Below are positions 1 through 13,087 of a stretch of DNA of 64,000 nucleotides, piece after piece. The stretch's first letter is position 1, and every line of letters begins with the position of its first letter. The DNA lies in assembly GCA_964016885.1 (NCBI GenBank), contig OZ024741.1, positions 182,900,001-182,964,000 of the forward strand, written 5' to 3'. The notes below the pieces were generated by a model. It saw only the letters and a list, made by a program, of their open reading frames with translations. It did not search any database and was not told the origin of the DNA. Both the position numbers and the translations under genes were made by a program. This DNA is from Eledone cirrhosa. Taxonomy: Eukaryota.

Positions 1-1925
1 GGAAGGCAACCGGTCCATCGGGTATAGCTGCCGAGATGCTGAAGGCATCTGGGTCTGTAGGTCACACTATAACCACACGTATCGTTAACCAGGTAATACT
101 AGAGGGGGCCATACCAAAAGATTGGTGCAGTAGCATCATTGTCAACTGCTACAAAGGTAAAGGCGATGCACTAGATAGAGGAAACTATAGAGGTATAAAG
201 TTGATGGACCAGGTCATGAAAGTAACAGAAAGAGTTATAGCACAGCTGATTAGGGACCGGGTGAATATAGACGAGATGCAATTTGGGTTTGTTCCAGGGA
301 AAGGCACCACTGATGCGCTCTTCCTTGTGAGGCAATTACAGGAAAAGTACCTAGCTAAAAGTAAGCCACTCTACTTGGCATTTGTCGACCTTGAGAAAGC
401 CTTTGACAGAGTTCCACGTGCAGTAATCTGGTGGGCTCTTAGAAAACTAGGAGTAGATGAATGGCTTGTGAAAGCGGTACAAGCCATGTATAGGGGAGCA
501 GTCAGCAAAGTTAGGATTGGCAATGAGTATAGCGAGGAATTTAGCGTACAGGTTGGGGTCCACCAGGGCTCTGTTCTTAGCCCTCTCCTGTTCATCATAG
601 TCCTGCAGGCAATAACGGAGGAGTTTAAGACCGGATGCCCATGGGAACTCCTGTATGCTGATGACCTCGCACTCATAGCTGAATCTATGGTAGAACTAGA
701 GAATAAATTCCAAACCTGGAAGCAGGGACTAGAGAGAAAGGGCCTCAAAGTCAACATGACAAAGACTAAGGTCCTTATAAGTAGACGAGAAAACAGAACC
801 CAGATCCCCTCAGGGAAATGGCCTTGCTCAGTATGTAGGAAAGGTGTAGGTAGGAACTCCATTCTTTGCCCCAAATGCAAACAATGGGTACACAAGAGAT
901 GTAGCGGGATCTCAGGAAGCTTAATTAAGAATGTAGGATTCACATGCAGCAGCTGTGCTGAAACAGCAAGCAAACAGCCACAGGAAACAAGTACCACCAA
1001 TCTCTGGGAGGGCCCTGTAGAAACAGTAGACAGCTTCTGCTACCTAGGTGACCGAATTAGCAACGGAGGTGGGTGCTCAGAAAGTACAATAACTAGGGTA
1101 AGAACGGGATGGAAGAAGTTTAGGGAACTACTACCACTGCTAGCTGCAAAAGGCTTCTCCCTCAGAATGAAAGGCAGACTGTATGATGCGTGTATCCGAA
1201 CAGCGATGTTGCATGGTAGTGAGACCTGGGCGCTGAAGGTGGAAGACTTACGTAGATTAGAGAGAAACGAAGCCTGCATGCTCCGATGGATGTGTAACAG
1301 TAATATACGTGAACGACAAAGCATAAATGAATTGAGAGAGAGACTGAGCATAAGAGGAATCAAATGCTGCGTGCAGGAGAGGCGGTTACGCTGGTATGGA
1401 CATGTGATGCGTATGAAGGATGACAGCTGCATAAAAAGGTGCAGAGCACTAGAAGTTGATGGAAACCGCGGAGTGGGGAGACCCAAGATGACTTGGGATG
1501 AGGTGATAAAAGCCGACCTTACCCAACTACACCTCTCAAAGTCAATGACACACGACCGTGACTTCTGGCGTCACGCAGTAATACAGGGTACCCGACCTCC
1601 CATGGGTACATGCTGAAGCATATAAACAATATGCCCCCCCCCCCCCCCCCCCACCGCAAGGTGGTCGTGGAGGTGCCACGGCAAAAAAGCACCCAGCCCA
1701 CACTGTAAAGTGGACGTGTAGGCGCCACGAAAAAGCACCCAGCACTCACTGTAAATGAGGTTGGTGTTAGGAAGGGCATCCAGCTGTAGAAATCAAGCCA
1801 GATCAGTTCCTGTATGAGCAAGGCATGGTCAGCCAACCAGACACTGCCCACAACAGGACAACCCGTCTAACCCATGCTAGCGTGGAAGAACGGACGTAAA
1901 ACGGTGATGATGATGATGATGATGA
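1..1925 (+). mobile_element. RTE LINE, 3' part with 3' UTR and (GAT)n tail
   Basis: The ORF is followed by a 3' UTR (poly-C, AAAAAGCACCCAGC repeats, GGTGTTAGGAAGGGCATCCAGCTGTAGAAA). It ends in AACCCATGCTAGCGTGGAAGAACGGACGTAAAACGGT(GAT)n, a simple-repeat tail typical of RTE. Confidence 0.92.
3..1616 (+). CDS. RTE-clade non-LTR retrotransposon ORF (RT domain + inserted PHD-type finger + C-terminal region), 5' end outside window
   Basis: The frame is open from position 3 (KATGPSGIAAEMLK). RT motifs are NYRGIKL, QFGF, AFVDLEKAFDRV, GVHQGSVLSPLLF, LLYADD, GLKVNMTKTKV and FCYLGD. The C-terminus is RTE-typical (HGSETW, RRLRWYGHVMR, GNRGVGRPKMTW). There are no stops over 526+ codons. Confidence 0.95.
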   Translation, partial: KATGPSGIAAEMLKASGSVGHTITTRIVNQVILEGAIPKDWCSSIIVNCYKGKGDALDRGNYRGIKLMDQVMKVTERVIAQLIRDRVNIDEMQFGFVPGKGTTDALFLVRQLQEKYLAKSKPLYLAFVDLEKAFDRVPRAVIWWALRKLGVDEWLVKAVQAMYRGAVSKVRIGNEYSEEFSVQVGVHQGSVLSPLLFIIVLQAITEEFKTGCPWELLYADDLALIAESMVELENKFQTWKQGLERKGLKVNMTKTKVLISRRENRTQIPSGKWPCSVCRKGVGRNSILCPKCKQWVHKRCSGISGSLIKNVGFTCSSCAETASKQPQETSTTNLWEGPVETVDSFCYLGDRISNGGGCSESTITRVRTGWKKFRELLPLLAAKGFSLRMKGRLYDACIRTAMLHGSETWALKVEDLRRLERNEACMLRWMCNSNIRERQSINELRERLSIRGIKCCVQERRLRWYGHVMRMKDDSCIKRCRALEVDGNRGVGRPKMTWDEVIKADLTQLHLSKSMTHDRDFWRHAVIQGTRPPMGTC

Positions 1926-3295
1926 GCTTAGCAGTTCAATAAATGAAGATTATTGGAATGAGAAACATACTAAAAAATAAAGGGTGGCATCAGGAAAGGA
2001 ATCTGGCCTTGGAATACTGCCTCAAAAAAGTATCATTCAAACCATGCCAGCATTGAGAAGTAGATGTGATGCTGCTGATGATGATAATGACAGCAGCAAT
2101 GATACTGAACACAATCGCAAAGACAACTAAGAAACTAAGAAACATAAAAGATGAAGTTAATTGTTTGAAAATGTTTAATTATTAATGCAGTGTTCATTTG
2201 TTTTTTAAATTACTAATTGAATGTTTACTTTAAAATTATATATAAATGATGGGGACTGAAACAACTCAATTAAACCGACAAAGAATGGTGATTAACGAGT
2301 GTACACCTGCACAGATTAAATGTGAATGTTAGTTAGTATTATTATCTCCACAGGAATATGGTGAATACCAAGAATAATTAATTAATTAATTAATTATTGG
2401 AGCAATGATGAACGTATTGTTGATGGCTACATTAATAGTTCAGATTAGTTCATGTCTCTCCCTAAGTCATACTTCTATCCATCCAACCAAGAGACTGGCA
2501 CATTATTATGTTGCTCAATATAAACTGCCAACATCTGGTTGAAAGAGTAATGGAGAACTGCCACATGAATTATCATCCAGGTAGAAAGATATCTGCCAAA
2601 ATTATTATTGGTTTCAAAGCTAGTATAGAATTCTATCAATACAATTTAAATGGTGCATAAATATGTTATATTTGTGTGTTAGATTCTTCAGGTGAACTCA
2701 AGAAAAATAGAGGAGGAAGGTGTATAGATTAATAAACTGGAGTTTGATATAGTTTAGAAAAGCTCTCTCTCTCTCTCCTCCCCGTCATCACCATAATTGA
2801 GATTGTCTGTATTTTGATTGCCTGCCTTGTTTTGTGTTCCTTGCTTCCCCAGCTCAGTCATACTAATGAACACCTAGAAGCCACCAAAACACATTTGCAC
2901 CAAAACATATTTCTAATTTCATGTTGAGAATGTTAAATATTTCAGATGAAAATTAATACATGCAGTATGGAATATTTCAGAAATATGTTGCTCATTATAT
3001 GTAATGAATATTCAATGAATGGTAATAAATTTACTATGAATATAAAAACACACAAATGTGATATTAATGTTTTTTCTTCTGAAACATAGTCTGGCTGAGA
3101 CCGTGATAACCTCTATAGTGTTGCTATCACAGTAAAATGTACCCAGTACACTCTGCAAAGTGGTTGATGTTAGGACGAGTATCCCAGCTGTAGAAACCAT
3201 GCCACAAATGGAATGTCTGTGAGATGTGGTCTTCCAACCCATCTAAGGATGGCAGTAACTATAAATAAGAACTGACTTTGTCCGTGATTACCTGT

Positions 3296-3536
3296 TTAAC
3301 CCATTAGTATTTAAACCGGCCAGAATTCTTTCACCTCTTTTTTTTCAAACTAGCCATAACTGGCTGCTCATACTGATGTTAAAGTACTGTTCTCAAAATA
3401 AATAACACCAAAATCTCATAGATTCGATATTATGCGAGATAATTATGTAAGATAATTATGTAAGATAAAGCCTTTACCACAAAAAAATAAAACAATAGTA
3501 TATATATATAGAGTAATGTAAATGCTAAGGGTTTAA
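3296..3536. mobile_element. TTAA-flanked (piggyBac-type) MITE, family 1
   Basis: Termini TTAACCCATTAGTATTT ... AAATGCTAAGGGTTTAA. Homologous copies lie at 26949-27150, 43089-43303 and 58146-58317. Confidence 0.7.
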
Positions 3537-6500
3537 CTCATCTAGCTTATGGCAAAAATTTAGTATTTTACTGGTTTCAGCCTTTGTAATAGGACTATAT
3601 TGGAGCACCACCTTCATGAGTTTTATTTGATACTGAAACTAGTACTTTGATACTTAATTTATCAATCTTTGTTTACTGACTGTCTAAATCCACTTCAATG
3701 AAATGAAGCATTTATTATTTATACAGTACAAATGAAAGATTTTTTTTCTTCTCTTTCATACATACACACACACACACACTGTATTGACTACATAACTGTT
3801 CCAGATTTACACTTTTTATCAAGGTTTGTTTCATATTTTCATACAAGTTCCTTGCACTGTTTGGAATAGTAAAACTCCTTTATCTATCCATAATTAAATT
3901 TCTACACCTTCAGTCTCATCATGAGGATGACATGAAGTTGGCACGTGTTACTGCCTCTTTATAGTGGACAGGGCCAGTGCAATTTGAGAAAGCATTATTG
4001 CCAGAATATGAACTTTTGATCATAAGATTCCTCGTTCATGTGTTTATTTGTGACTAGTGTATGTTGTCTTAGTGTTTATTTTAGCAATACTGGTGCCACA
4101 ATAAAATAACAGTGGTGCTGGAGTCACAATAAAAAACACTCAGTCCACTCTGTGAGGTAGTAGTGGTGATGCCTTGATAAAACACACCTAGTAAACACTG
4201 TGAAGTGGTTGCTGTTAGGAAGAGGATCTATCCATACAAACCATGCCAGAGAGGAATGTATGAGCAAGATGAAGTCATTTGACCTTTTTTTTACCTGAGA
4301 ACATGACAACCCATCTAACCCATGAAAGCATGTGCATAAAACAGTGATGATGATTGCTTCTATTGTTATTCCTCTGTTTTATGAGGATTTGTGTATAAAT
4401 CTACTAATGTTTTCCTATTTAGTTTGTTTTTTTTGTATTGTGTTGTGTTGTGTAGAGCAACGCAATTGCGCCTATAGTAAGTACATACATAGTAAGCCAG
4501 CAAGAGAGAGTTGTGCTTCTGAATGGCCAATATAATAGTTAAAGTAATGATGTTTACAATTTTCACAGTGTAAATATTGGTCGTAGCTTGTTCACAGGTT
4601 TACAAGCAAGTGGGTTTTCTCACTGATAAGAATGTCATTTAATTTTAGTATTTTAGTATTTTAGTATTTCAGTAATGTTAGTTTACACTTTGGTGTAATG
4701 CATTTTGGGCTCTGACTTTCATCCATTCTACAGTTAGTATGCATTTGATTTATATAATACACTTTGTTTGGTTTGCAAATTTTTAACAGATATTGATTTT
4801 TGTCTTGTTCTATGGATTGATCTAGCAGTAGTTTATAAGAATACCTACTGCTAACTAGTGTTTGTTTCATTCTGTGGAATATAAGAAAAGCTGTCCTCTA
4901 TTACAAATTTACACACACACTGCATAGTTTCTGTCTAACAAATTTTACTCATAAAACATTGGTCAACAAATGGCTTGTTGAAGGCACTTGCCCAAAGTGC
5001 TACTTAGTAGGATTGAATCTAGAAATGTGGTTGCAAAGAAAACATCTTAACCCCACAGCCATGCCTGCATCCATTAGCTAAAAAATTATGAATAAATCAA
5101 AAATATATAACACAATAAATAATCACTGATGTATCGGTATATATGGTCACCCATAACACAAAATAAGAGCTGACTTAGACCCTAACAACCCATCCAATTA
5201 ATGCCAGTATGGAAAACTGAGGTAAAATGATGGTGACAATGACACGACAATGATGATTCGAGTTCTTCCATTTGGCAACTAATTATGTCAGTTGACAGAG
5301 AAGTTATTGTTGCTTATCAAAAACTACCAAATTAGATGTTCTCTTGGGTCATTTTCTCAACTAGCCTAATGTTGTTAATGTCTTTTAACAAAAGTAACAT
5401 GTGTTAAATTTATTTTGGTTTTGTTTGTCTTTATCCTGGAGATATAAAAATGTATTGATAATGTAGTGTAAGAAATATGATATATTCATATTCAAATTCT
5501 CTCCTCTTCCCACCTCTTAGCCATCACTACCCTTATCCCTCATAGTCACACACACTCAGTTACGTATTCCACATGCCTTGAAAGAATGGAGTCTATGTAC
5601 AGTAGACAAGATTTAGATGGCAGCCTCTCTAATGTTGGTGCCACAATAAATGCTACCATACACCATGTAGAATGGTTTAAGATTAAATGGGGATACAGAA
5701 GTGATTCATTAATCTTGTCAAGGACTTGGCAACATCCCTGGTATTGCTGCCATGAATATGAGGTTTGTCCCAAAAGTACTTAGTACAAGTGAAATTTATA
5801 CAATCATTATAGCACAAAATAAACACTCTGAGAGAGAATTTTTGGAGTCATCTTATATGTTGCTTTGTATGCCAACAAACATAATAATTAACTTCTTTGC
5901 TTTATGGGTGTTGTTATATGATTTATCACATCACTTATGCTATATTCCAAATGATGTATTCTTTGATCTTTAAATGCCATTGCTCTATATATAAGACTAT
6001 ACTGGTTGAAACAATGTAGACAGAAATAGAAGTGATGCAATCTCACAAATACAGAAGACTGATAAAGAAACTTGGCTATTTACCAACCATGGAAAAAGTA
6101 AATTTCATATACACACATACATACACATGCATATATATATATATATAATAGAAAAATGGATGGTGTGCTTGACACATTGAGGTGGATGGAGATGTCTCAT
6201 TCAGTGTCATAACACAAGACCAATCAAATTTCATGCTTTTCTGACGTGCTGAGGTGGACGAAGTCACAATATCAGACTCACCAAAAATCTGTGTAGCTGT
6301 GCAGGAGTTTCGTCACCTACATGGGTGTAGTTCTGGTGTCGTTTGCAAGTGACTTCACTGCCTAATGAGACACTGGCTCCTGCATTCAGGACACAGAGTA
6401 CAGCAACACCCTCAGCGCATATCTGTTTACTAAGCAGCATATATATATACTAGCAGGAAAATAGGGGCTAAATGATGATAGTCATGATGTGCCTACATCA

Positions 6501-7580
6501 TAATATGTAGATTTCTGTGCACGTGTCCGCATGGCAACTATAGGTATTGCATCTAAATATTAAAGTAAATAAACCACAAAATCAATGTTATTACAACTTT
6601 GTTCCATTTGCCTATTTGTGTCAAATATGAAGACCAAACTTCATTATGAAAGTAATTTTATCTTGTGAACATCATCATCATCATTTAACATCTTATTTTC
6701 CATGCTTGTAAGGGTCAGACAGAGTGTCCACGTTATGAGGCAAGTCTGGCCAGTTGGCTGCAAACGAAACTGTATTTTGGCTATTTTTTTTACTCAAACG
6801 AAACTGTATTTTGGCTATATTTTTTTTTAGTTGGATGCTCTTCCTAACACCATCCACATATACAGTGTGGAACTGTGTGACCCCATTATCAGAGGACTTT
6901 TGCCAGTTGGCCGTACCACACCTTGCTCATAGTGGAACTGTATTTGGGAGCTGGGTGAACCCGTTATGAAGATGGTCTGACCAGTTGGCCGTGCTAAGCC
7001 TTGTGTATAGCGGGGCCTGTTTTGGCTGGGGGTTACGACTGCTGGAAGCCTTTACCAACACCAACCACTTTTACAGTGTGGGACTGGATGGTCTCACTTA
7101 TGGGGCATGCCTAGCCACTGGATCACATTTCAGCTGGGGTTTTACAGCTGCTGGATGTCCTTAGTTTATATAAAATATATCTAACAACTACAATACCAAT
7201 GAGCACTTTTTTTCTTCTTCTTCTTTTAACCTTAATGTTTTGGGAGTTCTCATAGGCATGGCTCTGTGATCAGGGTGTTGAACTCGTGAGCATAAGATAT
7301 GGGCTTGATTCCAGAACTTGGCAGTGTGTTGCTTTTATTTCACACTGTTTTTTAAGATAGGACTAGGAGCACTTATCGTTAAAACACCTGAGAAATCTCT
7401 TATGAGATGCAATCTTGTAGGTAGCCATCTAAGCCTACATAGGCACAAGCTATAAATTTCCTTTTCATTTCTTAAAATAACCAAAAGGAAAGGTCTTTTA
7501 TGTTTTCAGAAGATAGAAGAAATAGAAAAATAAAGAGTAGGAAGGGGAAGAAAAATTTTATTTTTATAGTGTTTACTACA

Positions 7581-7583
<3 letters not shown>

Positions 7584-7640
<57 letters not shown>
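7584..7640. repeat. (TA)n microsatellite
   Basis: Directly visible. Confidence 0.95.
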
Positions 7641-7643
<3 letters not shown>

Positions 7644-7860
7644 CATTATAATAAAGCACTTTGTGAGTCTAAGAAGTGGTGATGTAATTAAGAAGAAAAA
7701 CAAAAAAAAAAAAAGTTTGTTACATAGTTTTCTCAGTTTTCTCCCTTCTGAACAAAAAAAAAATAATTGTTACTACTACTATTATTACTACCACCAAGAC
7801 GATGGCAGATTGAATTAACCCTTTGACTACTGATGCTGATGTTGATGTTGAAACTACCAT

Positions 7861-7897
<37 letters not shown>

Positions 7898-8084
7898 ACT
7901 ACCAAGACAGTCAAGAAAACTTGCAGATTCAAGCATCTTATGTTGTAATCAAATAATCAAGGAATTATTAAATGAATTTTTAAATAATCTATTTTCAGAA
8001 CTCTTGAGCGTTTTGAATTATAAAGTTAGTAGATTCAATATTTTTGACTATGAAAAATATAGTCTAAGTTGGGTATATAATAAC

Positions 8085-8272
8085 TGTTTCTACTTTTGGC
8101 ACAAGGCCAGCAATTATCCCAGTGTATTACTGGTACTTTATTTTATCGACCCCGTAAGGATGAAAGGCAAAGTTAACCTCGGCGGGATTTGAACTCAATC
8201 CATAAAGGGACATAACTGTGCTGCGAAGCATGGCATCCGACCCTCTACCGATACTGCCAATCCACCGCCTTG
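8085..8272 (-). mobile_element. tRNA-derived SINE with Nin/Deu-type central domain
   Basis: The minus strand reads A-box TGGCAGTATCGG, B-box GAGTTCAAATCC and the domain GCCTTTCATCCTTACGGGGTCGATAAAATAAAGTACCAG. It is flanked by a ~16-bp TSD TTG(G/A)GTATATAATAAC at 8069-8084 and 8273-8288. Confidence 0.88.
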
Positions 8273-9468
8273 TTGAGTATATAATAACACCAGGGAGACA
8301 GAAAAAGTTTTCCTGGGACTTATATAACTTTGATGTTTCGGCCAGTATTGGCCCAGATCATATCTAACTTAATAGCACCAACTGGCAAAGTCTTTCAAAT
8401 CAGGATTTGGACACCATGGCCCACTCAAGTAGAGAGTTATTATTTATGGAAACATATCTGGTTGTAGGAGGTTTATCAGAGATTGTTTGGAGGAATTTGT
8501 CCAAAGACTTTTTGAATTTTATGGTGTTTCTGTTTTAATGTGTTTTGGTGTAATGTTATAGAGAGCCGAGCCAGTTGAGGTGAAATAATTGTGCCATAAT
8601 GTTGATATGAGATGCGAGTTTGATTCTGCTGTGGGTGGATAACATGGGGCCCAAACCTTACATACAACTTAGACTATTTTTCATAGTCAAAAGCGTTGAA
8701 GTTACTAATTTTATAATTTTTTCCCCCTACCATACAGTCATTTTTGACAGGTTCTGTACTAGTATTTGATATTTTACACTTGATTTCCATGTGCGTGTGT
8801 GTGCACGTGTATATGCCAAGTGTACAATGGAAAAATACATAATCCATGCAACCATGGAGAAGTAGACCTGATGATGATGATAGTGATAGTGATATTGCTA
8901 TCTTAGTTAAATGAACTGTAGATGGTAGCAGTAAAAGATTTGGCAGTTTATCATTGCTAGGCATAGCATAAAAGAAAAAGACTTTCTCAAAATCTATATA
9001 TATTAAGAGTGTAAAACATTTCAGGTAAACAAAGAGGACAAAGGGGAGAGATTTATAAAGACTACATTTCTTGGAGTAATCATGTAATTCTGTCAATTCT
9101 AATTAGCCATATAATGTTCATGTTAAAACAACTTTTATTTTACATCAATAACCAGATAAAAGTTTTCATTGAAACATTAATATTCACAAACAATATATGA
9201 TTCTATATATTAGCAATTTCTTTTTAAAGTATATTATTTATAATGCTTGTTTGTCAAGCAAACACATACAGAAATGTTTTGATATAGAGCTACACATAAA
9301 TAAGCATGTGTGTGTCCAGTTTTTACAAACAAGTGCAAAAGTACTAAATACAATAAAAGAGTGTAGCACTTTATTGTGGTCAGTTCCTCAGCCAAGACTT
9401 TCCTGTCTGGGGGACCAAACCAATAACACATCAGGGAATCTCAGCTTTCTATACACACACATACATGT

Positions 9469-9506
<38 letters not shown>

Positions 9507-9917
9507 CAATTTTTATTTCTACTTCTTCAATGCTTAAACGGAATGGAGAAGCCACAGATGCCCTTCCTTAAACCAACCTATACTTATCTATTTAAGTATG
9601 ATATATACTGGTGATGACTGTTGAACTGCTACACAGTGGGACGTATTGTTTATGGAGTACCTAAACAAACATCACCACTTGCGTTTTTTAATGTCTATAT
9701 GAAGATGTTCATAGCCACTGACACACAGATGTCTTTATATCAACTCCATTTAAAAAGCGAATAGTAATGTTTGTTTATATGCTATAATGTCACACCGTGT
9801 AGGAAGATTTTGTTTATAGGAGACGTGTATGTATGTGTACATCGTTTATGTTCATTTGTCATACTGGCATGGTTTGTGTGTCTATATGTACATACATACG
9901 CATATGCTTATGTGCAT

Positions 9918-9972
<55 letters not shown>

Positions 9973-10535
9973 AAAAATAAATGAACAATAAAAGCTACAT
10001 AAAATGACAAACCAAATAAAATATAAAGTTCAATAAAAACAATAAATTGGATTCTAAAAACTTAGGTTCAAAAAAATAATTTAACATTTGTGACAGCAAT
10101 AACTGATGGATATTTAGAAACAGAACTAGAATAAACTAGAAGCTAATAATTATATTAACATTATTCTTCTCCATCAAATGACATCAAGAAACCAAAATCT
10201 ATGTAAAAACACAATTTTAAAGAGTAATAAAATCAAAAATAGCTTTAAAAGTTGTTAAAAAACAGCTATTAAAATATAAACTTTTTTCTGTAATGATACA
10301 ACACACAACATATACAGTCGCAAACAGATTTAAAATAACGTCAAAATTTAGCTATAGAAAATTTTGTAATCAATATATTGATTTTAAAACAGCAAAAAAA
10401 AAATAATAATAATAATAATAATAAACTGAGCAGCAGCGCTGTATATGAAACAAGAATTCAAGATATTTTATTATGCAATTTATAAAAATTTAAATAAAAC
10501 ACCTAAGCACAAATTGCTTTGTGCTGTGCTTATAA

Positions 10536-10650
<115 letters not shown>

Positions 10651-11838
10651 GTGAGTGTGTATAATCATTAATGTAATAGTTAAAATCACAATCAATTTGC
10701 CGGTAACTTAATATTTTAATCCTAAAATTAAACTATATTGAATGTTGAATGCAAAAATAAAAGCTAAAACAAAAGTTAAGGTATAGATATGGCTGATGGG
10801 TTAAGTTTGCCTTGCAAACATGTGGTTTTAGGTTCAGTTTCATTGTGCTGTGTCTTAGTCAAGTGCCTTCTACTATAGCTTTCAACCAACCAATACCTTG
10901 TGAGGGAAATTTGGTGGACAAAAGCTATAAAGAAGTGCATTGCATGCATCTTTTTAATTCTCTCTCTCTAACATATAACTACCATCACTCTCTTCAGTAA
11001 TCTCTTCCATTACTTCCTACTCTATACTACCTCTCCCATCATACACTCACTACCTCCTGCCAATACTAATGCTCCTCTATTATTCCCTTTCACTCCCTCC
11101 AACATAGTCTCTTTCGCATCATACACTCATACCATTCAACCACTAACCCTGGTGCTTATATCATTGCTCTCTCTTCTATTCACTCATTTGGTCAAGTACC
11201 TTCAATGGGCATGAACAATGTAGCATAGTGAATACTCCTTTAGTCTTGCAATATACAAGACAAACACACTAGTGCTGGTGCCACGATAAAATGTACCCAA
11301 TATACTCTGTAATGTTGGCATTAGGAAGGGCACCCAGCCATAGAAACCATACCAAGACATGGTTCTCTAACCCATATAGTCCCTGATGCCTCATCAAACT
11401 CATGCCAGCATGGAAATTGTCGCTGCCATTACTGTCATTTAACGTTCATTTTCCTTGCTAGCAAGGGTTGGAAAGCAGATATTAAATAATAATGGTGGTA
11501 TGCATCATTATATCACCAACACGTTAAGCAAGCAATATCCTTTGTTTATGTCCTGTCTAAACAATATACAACCATATTTCATTAAAGGAGCAATCTTATT
11601 TTGTGAGTTAGCATCAGGAAGAGCATCCAGCACATAAAATCTGCCTCAAAACCCATACCAGTATGGAAAAGGTTATGATGATAATGATAATAAAAAATAA
11701 AGAAATAATTTCAATTTAAAAGATTTAAAAAAATTGCTATAAAGATTTCATCTATATTTCTAATCCTTTCCTAAACACTGCATTCAACTAAATTTTTGAC
11801 ATTTTTCTTTGAATTACCTCTGATATACAGTTATTATC

Positions 11839-12000
11839 AGGGTTGGACGCCATGCTTTCCAGCATAGTTACGTCCCTTTACGATCTGAGTTCAAATCCCG
11901 CCGAGGTTGACTTTGCCTTTCATCCTTACGGGGTCGATAAAATAAAGTACCAGTAATGCACTGGGTAATTGCTGGTCTTGTGCCTAAAGTAAAAACAATT
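11839..12000 (+). mobile_element. Nin/Deu-domain SINE, 5'-truncated
   Basis: GAGTTCAAATCCCGCCGAGGTTGACTTTGCCTTTCATCCTTACGGGGTCGATAAAATAAAGTACCAG, same family as 8085-8272. Confidence 0.85.
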
Positions 12001-12016
12001 ATCATAGGTACAATTT

Positions 12017-12320
12017 CATCATCATCACAGTTTTATGTCCATTCTTCCATGCTAGCATGGATTAGACGAGTTGTCCTGTTGAGCAATGCTAGGTCATACA
12101 GAACTGATTCTGCCCTTCCTAACGTCAACCTCATTTACAGTGAGTACTGGGTGCCTTTTGTCGCGATGCCTACATGACCACATAATTGTGTGGACTGGGT
12201 GCTTTTTGTCGTGACACCTACACGACCACTTTATAGTGTAGGCTGGGTGCTTTTTGTTGTGACACCTACACAACCACTTTACAGTATGGGCTAGTCACTT
12301 TTTGCCATGTCACCATGATT
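12017..12320 (-). mobile_element. RTE 3'-tail fragment (LINE end or tail-sharing SINE)
   Basis: Reverse complement of the 1650-1925 tail, with (CAT)n and several copies of the GGGTGCTTTTT...CACCTACACGACCAC unit. Further tail fragments lie at about 19266-19495 and 28362-28475. Confidence 0.75.
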
Positions 12321-12713
12321 TATTATTATAATATATGTGTAGTTGGTACTGTTACACCTGTATAGGTTTAATTGACCTTCTGTAAGGTTGTATTTCACAG
12401 AAAGTTTTTTGGTGTTTCTATGATAGGGGTTTGAATCTTGTTGATTTTCGTTTTTGTTTTTTTAACTAGATGTAGGACAGATACCACAAGAAATCCTGTC
12501 TGTTATTTTAACAATTCCACCAATCCACTGCCCTAGACTGGAACTTTTATTAACTCTGAAAAGATGAAAGGCAAAGTTCATCATGGTAGAATTTGAACTT
12601 TGAGAGTCACAACAAATACTCTAACAGTGTAATAACTCTGCCAATTTGCTGTGGGGGAAGGCTCATTTCTATGTTGCAATGTTATTGCTTGTTCAAGGTT
12701 CCTGCAACAGATA

Positions 12714-13087
12714 TAATTGTTTCTACTATTGGCACATGGCCATAAATGATCCCAGTACATTACTGGTACTTTATTTTATCGGCCCCGTAAGGATGAAAGG
12801 CAAAGTGAACCTCAGCGGGATTTGAACTCACACCATAAAGGGGTGTAACCCTATATGCTGCAAAGCATGGCGTCCAACCTTCTACTGATACTGCCAAATA
12901 TAATTGTTTCTACTTTTGGCACAAGGCCAGCAATTATTCCAGTGTATTACTGGTACTTTATTTTATCGACCTCATAAGGATGAAAAGCAAAGTTAACCTC
13001 GGCGGGATTTGAACTCAGACCATAAAGGGCCGTAACTCATTGCTGCAAAGCATGGCGTCCGACCCTCTACCAATACTGCCAATCCGT
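12714..13087 (-). mobile_element. Two tandem Nin/Deu-domain SINEs
   Basis: Copies at about 12714-12897 and 12900-13087, each with TACTGGTACTTTATTTTATCG..CGTAAGGATGAAAGGCAAAG..GGGATTTGAACTCA. Confidence 0.85.

Noticed and set aside
371-1486. Minus-strand ORFs of 209 and 148 aa
   Set aside because: Antisense shadows of the RTE ORF with no recognisable motifs.
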